Positions 11,953 to 25,240 are shown, counted from the stretch's first letter. The stretch: DNA of 64,000 nucleotides from Squalus acanthias (GCA_030390025.1 CM059432.1:91080001-91144000); one strand, 5' to 3'. The notes: generated by a model not told the origin, from the letters alone. A program made the numbers and translations.

Positions 11953-14013
11953 GGTCTTTTTCATGCAAGCATGCTGTGGAAAGGAAAACATGTCTGCATC
12001 ATGTATCCCTCAGATATAGGGGAGAACCAAATCATCTGTGCCCAACGTTCCATGGATAAACAGGAAGAAAATGTGAAAGGAGGGTCCATTTACCTTAGCA
12101 TTTCTGTGGATGTCTGAAAACCTCTTGTGCACTTACTCGCAGATCTGGTGTACCTAGGAGACTGTGTTCACCTGTGTTCCACCACCTCCATTGCAGGAGG
12201 GTGCCTCCTACCCCAAAAAGAGCTATCCTTTGCTACAGTAGGACATTCAGGGCTACATCATTGAAAGAGCCAGTTTTGCCCTCATTGCACCTTCCAGTCA
12301 TTATTCCACAGTATAAATATTGGTTTTCTGTTGAAAATGTGTCTCCTCTGAGATCGAGCGTCCTCCCTTTAAATGTTGTTGGCTGTCCAGAATTTGTGAT
12401 TGGCAGTCAGTCAGCTTGCAGGCCTGACTTCCTGTATAAGTTCTTCAAGTGTGGGGAGCCTACGCAAAGTGTGATTGGGCCTTAGATTGTAAATGTTTGG
12501 CACAGCCTGCCCCTGCACTCATAGAACTGGCCATGCCAATTTCACTCTGTACTCACTAGTCCTGGGTCATCAATATCTTTCAGCATCTTCCTATTGAGTG
12601 TACACACCCATTCTTTGCTTTGCATCGCCAAAAGTATTACTCACGTTTATCCACATAAAATTGCATCTGTCACCTATCTGTGAATGTGGAAAATAGCCTA
12701 GGTATGTCCAGTCCACAAAAAGCAGGACAAATCCAATCTGGCTAATTACCACCCCATCAGTCTACTCTCAATCATCAGCAAAGTGATGGAAGGTGTTGTT
12801 GACAGTGCTATCAAGCGGCGCTTACTCACCAATAACCTGCTCACCGTAGCGCAGTTTAGCTTCCGCCAAGACCACTCGGCTCCTGACCTCATTACAGCCT
12901 TGGTCCAAACATGGACAAAAGAGCTCAATTCCAAAGATAAGGTGAGAGTGATTGCCCTTGACATCAAGGCAGCATTTGACTGAGTATCGCATCAAGGAGC
13001 CCTAGTAAAATTGAAGTCAATGGGAATCAGGGGGAAACTCTCCACTGGCTGAAGTCATAGAAGCACAATGTTTGTGGTTGTTGAGGTCAATCATCTCAGC
13101 CGCAGGACATCACTGCAGGAGTTCCTCAGGGCAGTGTCCTAGGCCCAACCATCTTTAGCTGCTTCATCAATGACCTTCCCTGGACCATAAGGTCAGAAGT
13201 GGGGATGTTCACTGATGATTGCACAGTGTTCAGTGCCACTCGCAACTCCTCAGATAATGAAGCAGTCTATGCCCGCATGCAGCAAGACTTGGACCACATT
13301 CAGGCTTGGGCTGATAAGTGGCAAATAACATTCATGCCACACAAGTGCCAGGCATTGACTATCTCCAACAAGCGAGAGTCTAACCACCTCCCCTTGACAT
13401 TCAACAGCATTACCATCACTGAATCCTCCACCATCAACATCCTGGGGGTCACCATTGACAGGAAACTTAACTGGACCAGCCACATTAATACTGCGGCTAC
13501 AAGAGCAGGTCAGAGGCTGGGTGTTCTGTGGTGTGTGTCTCACCTCTTGACTCCCCAAAGCCTTTCCACCATCTATAGGGCACAAGTCAGAAGTATGATG
13601 GAATACTCTCCACTTGCCTGGATGAGTGCAGCTCAAACAACACTCAAGAAGCTTAACAGCATCCAGGACAAAGCAGCCCGCTTGATTGGCACCCCATCCA
13701 CCACCTTAAACATTCACTCCCTCTACCACCGGTGCAGCCTGGCTGCAGTGTGTACCATCTGCAAGATGCACTGCAGCAACTCACCAAGGCTTCTTTGTCA
13801 GCACCTCCCAAACCCATGAACTCTATGACCTAGAAGGACAAGGGGGGCAGTCGCATGGGAACAGCATCACCTCCAAGTTCCCCTCCAGGTTACACACCAT
13901 CCTGACTTGGAAATACGATAGCAAAATACTGCGGATGCTGGAAATCCGAAATAACAACAGAAAACGCTGGAAAAACTCAGCAGGCCAGGCAGCATCCGTG
14001 GAGAGAGAAACAG

Positions 14014-14050
14014 AGTTAACGTTTCAGGTCGAAGACCCTTTGTCAGAACT
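14014..14050 (-). ncRNA. Minimal hammerhead ribozyme motif with a core mutation (CUGACAA)
   Basis: Minus strand reads AGUU-CUGACAA-AG-GGUC-UUC-GACC-U-GAAAC-GUU-AACU, within the Penelope pseudo-LTR. Confidence 0.65.
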
Positions 14051-14362
14051 GGAAAAAAGCAGGAAATGAAATAGATTTAAAGCAAGTATAATGCTGGAAG
14101 GGGGAGGGGATGAAAGAACAAAGGGGAAGTTCAGTGGTAGTATAGAAGGCAGGAGAGATTAAGAGACATTGAGAGACATTAAGAGATATTCAAGGCGAGA
14201 AGAGGTGGTAATGTGACAGGTTGAGGCTAGATGAAGTGTGAAATGCGCTGGTGGAATGAAGGACAGCTGCCAGCTTCAGGGAGGGAAGAAAAAAAGGGGC
14301 CAAACAAAAGGGTGGATGAAAAAATAAAATATATATATATATATGTGTGATAGGGGCCGTGG

Positions 14363-15189
14363 TTATGATCTGAAATTGTTGAACTCTATGTTGAGTCCAG
14401 AGGGCTGTAGCGTGCCTAAACGAAAGATGAGGTGCTGTTCTTCGAGCTTATGCTGAGCTTCCGTGGAACAATGCAAGAGGCCGAGGACGGTGAGGTCTGA
14501 GTGGGAGTGGAGTGGAGAATTAAAGTGACAGGCCACCGGGAGCTCGGGGTCCCCCTTACGGACTGAACGGAGGTGTTCCGCAAAGCGGTTACCCAATCTG
14601 CGTTTGGTCTCCCCAATGTAGAGGAGACCACATCGTGAGCAGCGAATACAGTATACTAAATTGCAGGAAGTACAAGTAAATCGCTGTTTCACCTGGAAGG
14701 GGTGTTTGGGGCCCTGGACAGTGGGAAGGGGGGAGGTATAGGGCATGTGTAGCATCTTCTGCGCTTGCACGGGAAGGTGCCGGGCGAAGGGGAAGGGGTG
14801 CTGGGGGTGGTAGAGGAGTGGACTAGGGTGTCGCGGAGGGAGCGGTCCCTACGGAATGCTGAAAGAGGAGGTGAGGGGAAGATGCGTTTGGTGGTGGGAT
14901 CATGCTGGAGGTGGTGGAAATGGCGGAGGATGATCCGTTGAATGTGGAGGCTGGTGGGGTGAAAGGTGAGGACAAGGGGAACTCTATCGTGGTTCCGGGA
15001 GGGAGGGGCAGGGGTGAGGGCAGAAGTGCGGGAGATAGAATGGACATGGTCGAGGGCCGTGTCAACCACAGTAGAGGGGAATCCTCGGTTGAGAAAAAAG
15101 GAAGACATGTCGGAAGCACTGGTATGGAAGGTGGCATCGTCAGAGCAGATGCGGCGGAGACGGAAAAACTGGGAGAATGGAATAGAGTC
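14363..15189 (-). pseudogene. Penelope ORF fragment with GIY-YIG endonuclease (one frameshift near 14720)
   Basis: Overlapping ORFs 14689-15297 and 14363-14770. VY...YIG motif. Confidence 0.88.
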
Positions 15190-17778
15190 CTTGGAAATAT
15201 ATCGGCGTTCTTTCATCGTTACTGGGTCAAAATCCTGGAACTCCCTCCCTAACAGCACTGGGGGAGTACTTTCACCACAAGGACTGCAGCGGTTCAAGAA
15301 GGCGGCTCACCACCAGCTTCAATTAGGGATGGGCAAGAAATGTTGGCCTTGCCAGCAACGCCCACATCCCAGGAACGAATAACAAAAAGTGGGAATGATC
15401 TAGCAAAGGGCTGGCACAGTTATGATGGACTGAATGGCTTCCTTCAGTACTGTAAACTTCCATGGTTCTATGGGTTGTTGTGGGGAACCCTGATAACCAC
15501 ATGGGTCCAGCTATATAGCATAGATTCTTGGTAAACTTTCCAGGTAATAAAAGTTCTGTGTATTCTTCAGTTGGTGCTTTTGTTCCACTGGGAAAGTGAC
15601 AAGTTGATTACCCTCTGAGAAATGGAAATCATCTGGACATCCGACCTCATTCCTTTCTCCACAGCTTGTACTGGTGGCCCCTTATTCTACCCAAGCACAT
15701 CATGTCATTGTATCTATTTTAATCTTACTGCACAATGTGCATTGCTACAAAGTGATTTTGAGTTTGCAGCAACACAAAGATCTCAGCAAAATTGCAGCCA
15801 AAATAGAAATAGTTCAGTTTGTGACATCAGGTGTGATACCCCCTTGATGATTATGAAGTTTAAAAAGACCAGACAGGTCAGTCTGCTAGACCACCTTTAA
15901 ATTTCTAATGATGGAAAAGAGCCAACTATCCCAGCAGTAAGCTACAGCATAAAACATTTTCCTGGCAGTTGCAAGTCAGTGAATAGATCTCTGCACCCAC
16001 ATTTATATAAGGATGTGCAGAACTCTGCTTCTCCTGTATGAGTGGGGCAGTATAACTCATTGCTGCCTACATACACTGCTCTGACAGCAGGTACTGGGGT
16101 GAGATGGCACCTGCAACACTAAATAGCCTGTAGAAGAGACCTTTCATCTATCTAGATATCCTGGATTTCAACTTCAGTTTCGGGGTGAAAGGACAGTATT
16201 TACACAAACTGGTTATCAGTCTTAGCCAGCAATCCATGCTGGAATGTTAATCTGGTATCATTAAATGTGTCACTTATTTTTATTTAAATGCTGTCACATC
16301 ACATAACCACAGAAAAAGTCAGCTGAGTAAACTCATTTTTTATTTGATTTTCAAATTGCTTGGTGAAAAAATAACTAATTTAAAGACATTCCAGAGCTAT
16401 AGATTATTCTTTGAACAATTAGTCCAGAGTGAGGCTATTTCACTTCAGGAGAGGATATGACTCAAAAGGGTTGCTTTGATCTCGTCTCTTTGAATGAATA
16501 AAGAGAAGCTTTGTCAAATAAATTGTAGTTCTGAAGGCACCCGCAGAGCTGACTTTAAAACAACTATAATGGCAACTAATTGAATTGGAATGTGTTTACT
16601 TGTATTATTTTTTAACCCTTTACATATCTGTGCAAGCGCTCCTGTATAAAATAGATGTTGGGTTACTGCTGAGGCATCAGTGCGTGCTGCAGGATGTATT
16701 GGTTTCTTTAGAAAAGCCCATTAATTTTGAAATTGCTGAAGAGAAAGACATGGATACAAACATTGCTTTGTTGATAAAGTAGCCAGAGATTTCTTTGAAG
16801 CACTCAGCTGAGGAGACAGCAAGGATCAGTACATGAATAAGATAATATAGACCAAATAAAACAAACAAATTTGTCTTTCTATTGGTATATTGCTATTTTA
16901 TCAGGAGGGCAGAATCTATTACAATGCTGCACAAATGAAGGTTCTGCATATAGTCTCAACATTAAATCACAGTACAAATGGAATATTTAATGGCATTTTG
17001 ATGTTCTCCAGTTAACTCTTTTATTAAGGAAATAGGTAATATATTTATACCATTTGTCAAAAAACATAAAATGAAGTTGTTGACATTTTCATTACTATCT
17101 AGTTATGAGGTGATTTGAACTTTCGTTTTTTCAATGAATTTTGATATATTCAGCTGCTCCTGAAAATTACTGTATTGAATATCAAACCATACAGTGCAAT
17201 CTGAACACACTTCTTCAGAAACAGGAGACGGTGGGCTCATTCTATTAAATTATGAATTTAGAGACGTATCATATATAAACTGCTATGTTGTATAATGTTC
17301 AGATTAAAAGTTAGCCTTTACTTTAAGTAAAAATATTGCATCCAGAACAAATGTTTCCAGAGACTCTCTTGTTAATTGAACATGCTTTGCAAATTATGAA
17401 CAACACAATTATTTTTAGTAATTATCATACATTTGGGATTAATTCTAAAATTTCCAATGTTTCCTTTCTCATTGTCTGGAGACTAGAGGTTAACTTTAGT
17501 AAATGAATCTTTTGAATCTCTCCGCACAACACCCCCATCTCCCCCCTGCCCACCCCGGAACAGTGGGGAAATATACAATATCTGCCCATATATGGATGTG
17601 TGTATTGTAATAATATGCAAATTATCAGAAATATGTAATCCAATGTATTTCTCATCATTCTCACCATAGCTGTTTGTTCCTGGTGCCAGCTTTACCAGCG
17701 CTGATGTTAAAATTTAAATGGCCCCAAATCAATCATTGAATTAATAGAAGAGAGGTGGCAGTGAACCAAACACTAATA

Positions 17779-17910
17779 CGATAGCAAAATACTGCGGATG
17801 CTGGAAATCTGAAATAACAACAGAAAACGCTGGAAAAACTCAGCAGGCCAGGCAGCATCCGTGGAGAGAGAAAGAGAGTTAACGTTTCAGGTCGATGACC
17901 TTTCATCAGA
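17779..17910 (-). mobile_element. 132-bp Penelope pseudo-LTR mini-insertion
   Basis: Near-identical to 13916-14047. TSD ACTAATA at 17772-17778 and 17911-17917. Confidence 0.88.
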
Positions 17911-17913
17911 ACT
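17877..17913 (-). ncRNA. Minimal type I hammerhead ribozyme, intact core
   Basis: Minus strand reads AGUU-CUGAUGA-A-AGGUC-AUC-GACCU-GAAAC-GUU/AACU. Stem I is AGUU/AACU, stem II is 5 bp, stem III is the palindrome AACGUU. Confidence 0.78.
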
Positions 17914-18109
17914 AATAGTGTAGGCTAAGGCACAAAAATCAAAAAAAATGAACAAGTTTTTAAACTTACAACAGGAGCACTGAGACTACTGGTGACATTC
18001 TGCTGCACCACTCTCCATCACCACCCCACCTCTCCCCCACCCGCTCCAAGCGAACTGCACAGTGGAGGCTGGAAAATCTGTCAAAATGGTGAAAATGACT
18101 CCAAGGCTA

Positions 18110-18546
18110 GATCATAGTTTAGTGATTATGTTACTGGACGAATAATCCAGTAAAACATTAGCTCAAATCCCAACCTTGGCAGTTTGAGAATTTGAATTCA
18201 GTTAAAAAGAAATCTGGAAATAAAAAGCTGGTATCAGTAAAAAAAAGACCATGAAGCTATCAGATTGTTGTACAAACCCAACATGATGTTCTCTCATGTC
18301 CTTTAAGGAAGGAAACCTGCCGTCCTTACCTGGTCTGGCGTATATGTGACTCCAGTCCCACACCAACATGGTTGACACTTAACTGTCCTCATTTGTATCA
18401 AACCACCACAGCATTCTGGGAACACCTTCACCACACACACTGCAGCAGTTGAAGAAGGCCTGCCATCACCTTCTCAGGGAAACTAAGGATGGGCAATAAA
18501 CACCGGCCTTGCCAGCGACGCCACATCCTGAGAATGAGTAAAAAAA
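18110..18546 (+). mobile_element. tRNA-derived SINE with a conserved central domain (MetaSINE-like, by recall) and a LINE-derived tail
   Basis: Degenerate B-box agctcaaatccc. Core ggaaggaaacctgccgtccttacctggtctggc..atgtgactccag. 3' end ggccttgccagcgacgccacatcc matches the LINE tail at 15345-15370. Confidence 0.7.
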
Positions 18547-21500
18547 TTCTGGCTGAATATATAGGCTAAGGTGCTGAGCGCCATTAGTCATTTATAATTA
18601 TCTTTTATTTGTAAAATTACAATCCAGCTCTGTTGCCCATCATGAACCAAATGGTTAAGTTTAACATTTGTTCCAGTGGTTACTTCATACTTGCATACAT
18701 AAAACTTATTAAATTCATTAGTTTCCTTTTCAACTTTTCTTAACTGCATGTTTATTAGAACAATATTTTAATGTGATACATATTTGTTGTGATATCAAAC
18801 AGCATAATAAAGTCAGCTAGAAGACAGTATACCATATCATGTCACAGATCATGGTATCCTTTGTAAATAATTGCCTTCAAAGTGTGTTGAATCTCAACAA
18901 GAACATGGTAATGAATTTAATAATGTTTAATGATTTCTCCAGCAGTGTGTTTAATTGTGGCATTGTATAAACTGGCAAAATATCTGCAAGTATAATGTTT
19001 AAATGCATAAATATTATGGTACACAGGATAAATGTAAATGGAATTTGCAGGTAAAAATATCGTTACCTAAACTAAATTTTAATGGATATGAAAATGACAC
19101 AGGCTTTTTTTTAGAATGTGTTCATTTATCCAAATTCTACACCCATCAGCTACACACTTCAGTATGATCCAGTGCAGTTGGAAACCTGTCAACTTTATTT
19201 TTCACTACATTTATGGTCCTCTCTCGACCAATATTATAAAAAACAAATTCCACAGGGAGGATAATGTGCATGATTGCAGGCTTGCCTTGTCAAAATCCTG
19301 GCAGTTTTATACAGTCATCTTTTCACATGAATAATGCATAGAGCAGCATCTCATTATATTTCATTTTCTTTACAGCAACATCACCACACCTAGATGGGTT
19401 ACGATTCCCTTTGGCCCTTCTCAGCTCATTCTAGTCTAAATTCTGTCTAACCGCCTTGCGAGATAACACTGACAAAATAGGCGTGTTTGGCCTGTCATCT
19501 CATAGCTTCTGTGAATTATTCACAGGAGTGTTGCATAGGTTTATGTAATAACAAAACTCGATGCCTGGAGCTGTTTACTGTTTTTCTTTTCTTCCGATGC
19601 TTTTGATGCCATTTTCATATAAATCTGTTTTTCCTAACCAATATTTGCACAGATTTGGGGGGGGAATAATAAAAGAGCTCATGGCTTTACATTATTTATA
19701 TAGCTATCGGTGAATGAAACTGTAGCTGCTTCGGCTAGGAAGCCTGTTAGGGTTTTGCCTTGTTGGCATGTTCATTAATGCAACAATTTAAAGGAAGTAT
19801 AGCAACCTGCACATCAAATAAATACGAAATAGCAACAGTCACTGAATTAAAAAATGAACCTTTCCTACATTTTTTGCATGTCAGCTGACTGGCTGCTAAC
19901 ATCATGAAAAATCTATTCCTAAGTATCTGTTTTAAAGGTTTGTTGTTTGCTCTAAGTTAATGTTTGAAACATTTCTGATAGATTAATACATGATATGACA
20001 TAATCTTCTGGCTATATGACAGTTCAAAGATCAACAACATTCTAGAAGAGCCTGTGTATGTCAATGAGCTGAGAGAATTATTAGGTTGTACAGTTTGACA
20101 GCAGCCCGCCGTGATTCTAAAGAGCAGGAAGCGTGACTTTACATGTAAATAAATGGTCATGTTTATTCCAAAGAAGAGGTCCTAAAATAAATACATTTAA
20201 TGAGAACCATTTATATGCAGCGCAAACATAACTGCAGTTAGAGGACAATTTTATTTATTTTTATAAATATATACATATATATATATATTTCTTACTGGAA
20301 AATACATTTTGAAATGACACCTCATATCACTGTAAAAGGAACCCACGGTGCTGCACTATACCATTTCTGAATATTTTTAATATCAATACACTTAGTGAAG
20401 GGTTCAGAAGTGTTTTTATTATAGAGGTTTCCATTGATCTTAAGTCTGAGGTTAGTTTTTACAGTGCTGTCAGGTATAAACCATGACAGTCCTTTGGACA
20501 GATGTATTCATAAAATATAATGAAACGTGCCTTTACAAAATGGCTTTAGGTACATCTATACTTACCAATCAGTGAGTGTGCTTACTGTAAATTGCTGTCA
20601 CTGCCTAATTTTATATCAGTTATTCATTGTATTCTGCTCCTAATTAAACACGTTTTTATCTAATTGTCATTTTTATCCTATCATTAAAATCATGCTTTTG
20701 TTTTTTATATTGCATCATTTTCTATTTTTTACCTGCATTATAATATAAATACATGGATGATGAAGAAATTGTTTTGTTGTTTATAATTCAAGTAATGAAA
20801 TATTACAAATGGAAGTTAAACAGTTGCAAATGCAATTGTTAAGTGGCTGCTTTATACTCTTCTTAAAGGATGTCTAGTCAGCATAGTCTGCCTGCCAATC
20901 TGCCCAGTCCAGTGATTGATCAAACAGCCTCTACCCTTGCAGCTTTCAAGCACTGAGTAAAGTGCTCTCATGTCTTCACCGCTACTGATAGACATGATCT
21001 TTGTCTTCCCCTTGGAGCAAAGCATGACATAGCCACTTGCAACATTTGCTTGGTCTTCTCAACCCATACCAAGTGGGATTGGCTTCAAAGACTGCAGGAC
21101 ATCCTTGAAGGAGAAAGCAGCGATGAAATGTTGAGCGATGTCGCCAGAATGGACTGCCTCCATTCAGGCATCGTATAGCACTAAGGTTGAACTGGCACAC
21201 CCAGGGCCATCCTTACCCACGCCAACCTTTCCACCCTCAGCTTCTGTTGTGAGAAAAAGGCCAGCCATCGTCATTGCTCTGGCATTGACTGATGGCAACA
21301 CTTTCCACTTCCCGGGTGAGAAAATACATTCTGTAAGCACTCTTCTTCCAAGATTGCAACTCAACTCAAAAAGTAGGCCACAAGCACCCTTCTAAAAAGC
21401 AGCATGTATCAATGTCAGCTCTGACCATGCATAGTAACAGGGCCCCATTTGTAGATGTCACTTGCTTCTGCTCAAGGCTAATTGGATCAGCTCTGTTCCC

Positions 21501-23149
21501 ATCCTGGGACATGCTGTCTACACTGGCTACTAGCAGCTTCAAGTTAACTTTAGTGCCAACCAGAACCAAGGCCCATATTTCAGTTGAGCTCCCATTGGTA
21601 TGGATCAGGACAAATTGTCTCAGACCATTTCTGACCAATCTACTTAATTTTATTCCACAACATCAGCACTGAGACACTTTTCTTGGTACCGTCTGATGCA
21701 GATATATTCCAAGAAAAGATTTTCAGAAGAAATGTGCACACGAACCAATCAACTGCAAGAAATTTGCATAAAATGACATTTGCATATTAATGTGGCATAG
21801 GGAGTGTGTTATGATGGACAGGAAATGCGTACTCATATAAAATTCTTTATTTATTAACTGTGGCTCTCCCATGAAGTATTTCATGGTTAGTCAGATGATA
21901 TGCTATCTTATAAGAACTGAAGTGTAATGTTCAGTGAATTATTCTGCTGCTAAGTTGGAGCTGTGGACCTTCAAGGCCACAAAGTCCAATTGTTAAATAA
22001 ACAGAGGCTCAGCTTAATCAAAATGTAATTATTTAGTGAAGGAGCTGTGCAGGGTGAGGTCATTTACAGTTTAATTGCTTTAGGTTGCGATTCAGAACCC
22101 AAGATGAAATTGGTGCCTTTTTTTAGCGTATAATTACTATGATTATTTTTTAAGTCTTAGGACAGACATTTTGACTCCTGTGTTTGTGTAGTATTTTCTG
22201 CTGGTGGAAGAGTTTTTCTGTGCATTTTGAATGACTGGTTTTCTTTCTTCGTTTAAAGATTTTTGGCAATTTTTTTCCATGTGAGCCAATGAACAGAGAG
22301 AAATTTGCTTAGGCTAAATTTGACTTGAATGAAGTGTGACATGGAAATGTAGCACAAGAAGAGTGATGCGATGCACTGGAGATGCATTCACATGCACAGT
22401 TTTTATTTTATTATAAATAGATATGGATCTAAGATACTTGGTAAGCTTTTATTTAAAAAAGAATTGCCTGATACCTTGATTAATGTATACTACATACCTA
22501 TCACCTGGCTTGCAGGAAACCAAACAATCAGTGAAGGGCCATTTCATTCATTCTACAACACTGAACAAAAAAAACCCTATGAGGTAGGTAGTCTTTCAGG
22601 TATCTCTGGGTTTTTCTGTGTGAATAATGCTGTGTTGGGTTGTCGCTGTACTGTTTGGCAAGAGATATGTGCATGTAATTGTTTCTTTCACTGGCAATGT
22701 CTAGAAGGTACTGCATTACAAAGAAAGAAACCAATATAATAAAAGTACTGTGTTTAAAATAAACAAGTTAGGCTAGCATCTTGCAAGTACAAAAGCGTTA
22801 CAAGGTTATTTGCAATATGAGTTTTTCAATACATATATAGATATACCCAGTAAGGTTATTTTTACAACGATAAACTAGGTTATGCACTACCTAACTTGTA
22901 TTATGGTATAATTTATCATAAGGCCATGCTTAAGGCATTCTTAATTAATAAGAATCAGAAAACTCTGGTGCCTTTAACCCTCAGAGGCCATTTTAATTTT
23001 GTATAATGATGTTGCACTGTGAAATCTTCCATCATGCTGCCTTGTGACATCAGCCATGATTTTTGACTCAGTTATAGTGTATAAATATGTGCCAGCAGGA
23101 TGTAACAGAGCAGAAATATGGACAGAGATCTCATACCTGATCTCTGGAT

Positions 23150-24130
23150 ATAACAACAACTTGCATTTATATAGCGCCTTTAATGTAGAAAAATGTTCCA
23201 AGACGCTTCACAGGAGAGCAATCAGACAACAATTGACACTGAGCCAAAGAAGGAGATATTGGCCCGAAAATTAGACCTAATACGCGAGCGTACACACTGT
23301 CTCCAATTGCCGGTTTCCTGCATGCACTGCGCATGCGCGGGAAACCGGCACTTCGTAAATTCAAAAGGGGGCGGTTCCTAAGTGAACCGCGTGCGCGCTA
23401 CAGGCTGTGCGCACGCAGTGCACTTAGTGCTTTGAACGCGCAGGTAAGCATGGAAGATTTTACACATAAAGAAAGGAGGCGTAAGACCCTCTTTTAACAA
23501 GGTAAGTAGTTAATTAAGTATTATTTTAAATTTTTTTCAACAGGTTTATCTTTTTTAGAGACTTTAAAGAAAGGTAAGTTTATTTTTATAACTTTTAAAA
23601 AGATTTTAAATTTTTTCAAAAATTTAATTTTTTGTTTAAAGTGGTTAATTTATTTAACTATACTTATTTTATTAATGTGATGGCTTTTTTTAAATTTAAT
23701 TGAGGTTTAGCTGTTCTTTTGGGGGTGTGTAGGATTCATAGCTTTGACAGCCCTTGCTGTTAAAACTATGAATGAAAGATGGTGTGCTGCCATTGGCTCT
23801 AACTGAATCACGTGATCCCAGAGCTCGCACGAACTAATTGCGTCTCTGGGTCACGCAAGCACTGCACAGCTGCAGCCTTGAAACTAAAGTTTGTGTGGGC
23901 CTGGAGGAATAAGGTAGGCGCGGAGTGAGATATCGCGGGGAAGCCTTACCCCCGCGTGAACACTCAGTGTTTAATTTCTGGGCCATTAGAATATTAGGAT
24001 GGGTGACAAGAGCTTGGCCAAAGGGGTAGGTTTTAAGGAGGGTCTTAAAGGAGGAGAGAGAAGCAGGGAGGTTTAGGGAGGGAATTCCAGAGCTTTGCAT
24101 CTAGACATCTGAAGGGACGGTCGCCAATGG
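23150..24130 (-). mobile_element. L2 LINE 3' end interrupted by a family B MITE
   Basis: aacaacaacttgcatttatatagcgcc tail. Minus-strand WNSLPK..SLSSFKTLLKT at about 24010-24090. Confidence 0.8.
23261..23984. mobile_element. 724-bp Harbinger-like MITE, family B copy 2 (inverted relative to copy 1)
   Basis: Ends ggcccgaaaatt ... aatttctgggcc. TSD ATT (23258-23260, 23985-23987). Confidence 0.9.
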
Positions 24131-24179
24131 TGAGGTACAGTTGATCAATCGATGAGATGGCCTGCAAAATCTACCCTCT

Positions 24180-25240
24180 GATGCCCCTTGCTGCAGGGAG
24201 TGAGGACATGGCCTGGTTTGCATCGAGAATCCAGCTGTCCTGTTGAAGTCCCTGGTTCTGTGCCTCAGCTGCCTGGGGGCAAAACTGAAGTGGAGGAATT
24301 CGGCTGCTCTATAAAAAAGAGCATCTGTCACTTGCACGATTCAGGCCCTGACAGCTCCCTGGCTAATGTTGCACAGATGCCCTTTAGCAGCCTGGAAAGA
24401 TCCGGTGCTGTAAAGGTTGAGGGCTCCTGTCACTTTAATTGTGACAGACAGAGCAGTTGTGTCAGTGGAGCGAGTCTGCAAAACTTCAGGATGAAGTTGG
24501 CGGGGACGCCCAAAGGCATCACTGGAGAGGCACAACCATTGGATGGACAGCTCCTCTGAGAAGTCCTCGTAGGACTGGTGTGGCCTGCAGACATGTTGGG
24601 AAGCACAGTACCTGATGGGCTGCTCTCCTCAACCATGCTGCCTGATTCTCTGGGCATCTACATGCAGCTGCAACTCCTCCTCCATTATGATAATGTAGAG
24701 GGGTATGTCCACGGGGAAAGTCATCCCTTGTCTGTAGTTGATCTAAGTGTGTATTTGGGAGTGAGGGAAGTTAGGGGATTCCAACATTTTTTTCTGGGAA
24801 GAGAGGAAAGCACTACAGTAAAATGAAGTGCAGGTGTCAGTGATTAAATAATGTGAAGGAAGGGGTTAAAAAAATTCCTCAGAAGCCAGTAATCAGTAAG
24901 TGAAGTACGTGTTCTCAGCTCACCAACTCCTCACTTACACTTGTCTGAAGTACTAGAGGGAGCTGTCAGACTTTTTTTGGGGTGTAAACTTACACTGATC
25001 GCAGGAGTGGCATAAATGCAGGACACTTCCATGTACTTGAACAGTGCAGATATGCAAATGAGCCCTGAGGTGCGCGTAACATGCTATAAGGTTTGCACTA
25101 TTAAAAATATTGAGGAAACTTGCATTTAACGCAATAATGATGTACGCAGTTATAACAAAACGCTAATTTCCTCAATATTTTCAGCATAAAAATGGCACAG
25201 CAATGGCGTAAATGCCTAGATAGCCAGGAAGTTCAAGGCC
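24180..25240 (-). mobile_element. Decayed Harbinger element with nuclease N-terminal half
   Basis: ALSVTIKVTGALNLYSTGSFQAAKGHLCNISQ (ORF 24341-24535), QVTDALF. Possible terminus ending ggcc at about 25240. Confidence 0.6.

Larger units (their letters stand above)
13916..15189 (-). mobile_element. Penelope-like retroelement, 5'-truncated (RT C-terminus/linker + GIY-YIG endonuclease + 3' pseudo-LTR)
   Basis: SIPFSQFFRLRRICS...NRGFP. NLVYCIRCSRCGLLYIGETKRRL..RFAEH...GLN. TSD CTTGGAAATA at 13906-13915 and 15190-15199. Confidence 0.92.
12682..15386 (+). mobile_element. CR1/L2-group LINE, 3' portion (RT + 3' UTR), interrupted by a Penelope element
   Basis: ALDIKAAFD, gttcctcagggcagtgtcctaggccc (VPQGSVLGP), FTDD, MEYSPLAW. 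Sequence resumes at about 15200 and ends gaataacaaaaa. Confidence 0.88.

Noticed and set aside
20005..20098. Short protein-like frame SKINNILEEPVYVNELRELLGCTV
   Set aside because: Bounded by stops, weak splice signals, and no recognisable family.
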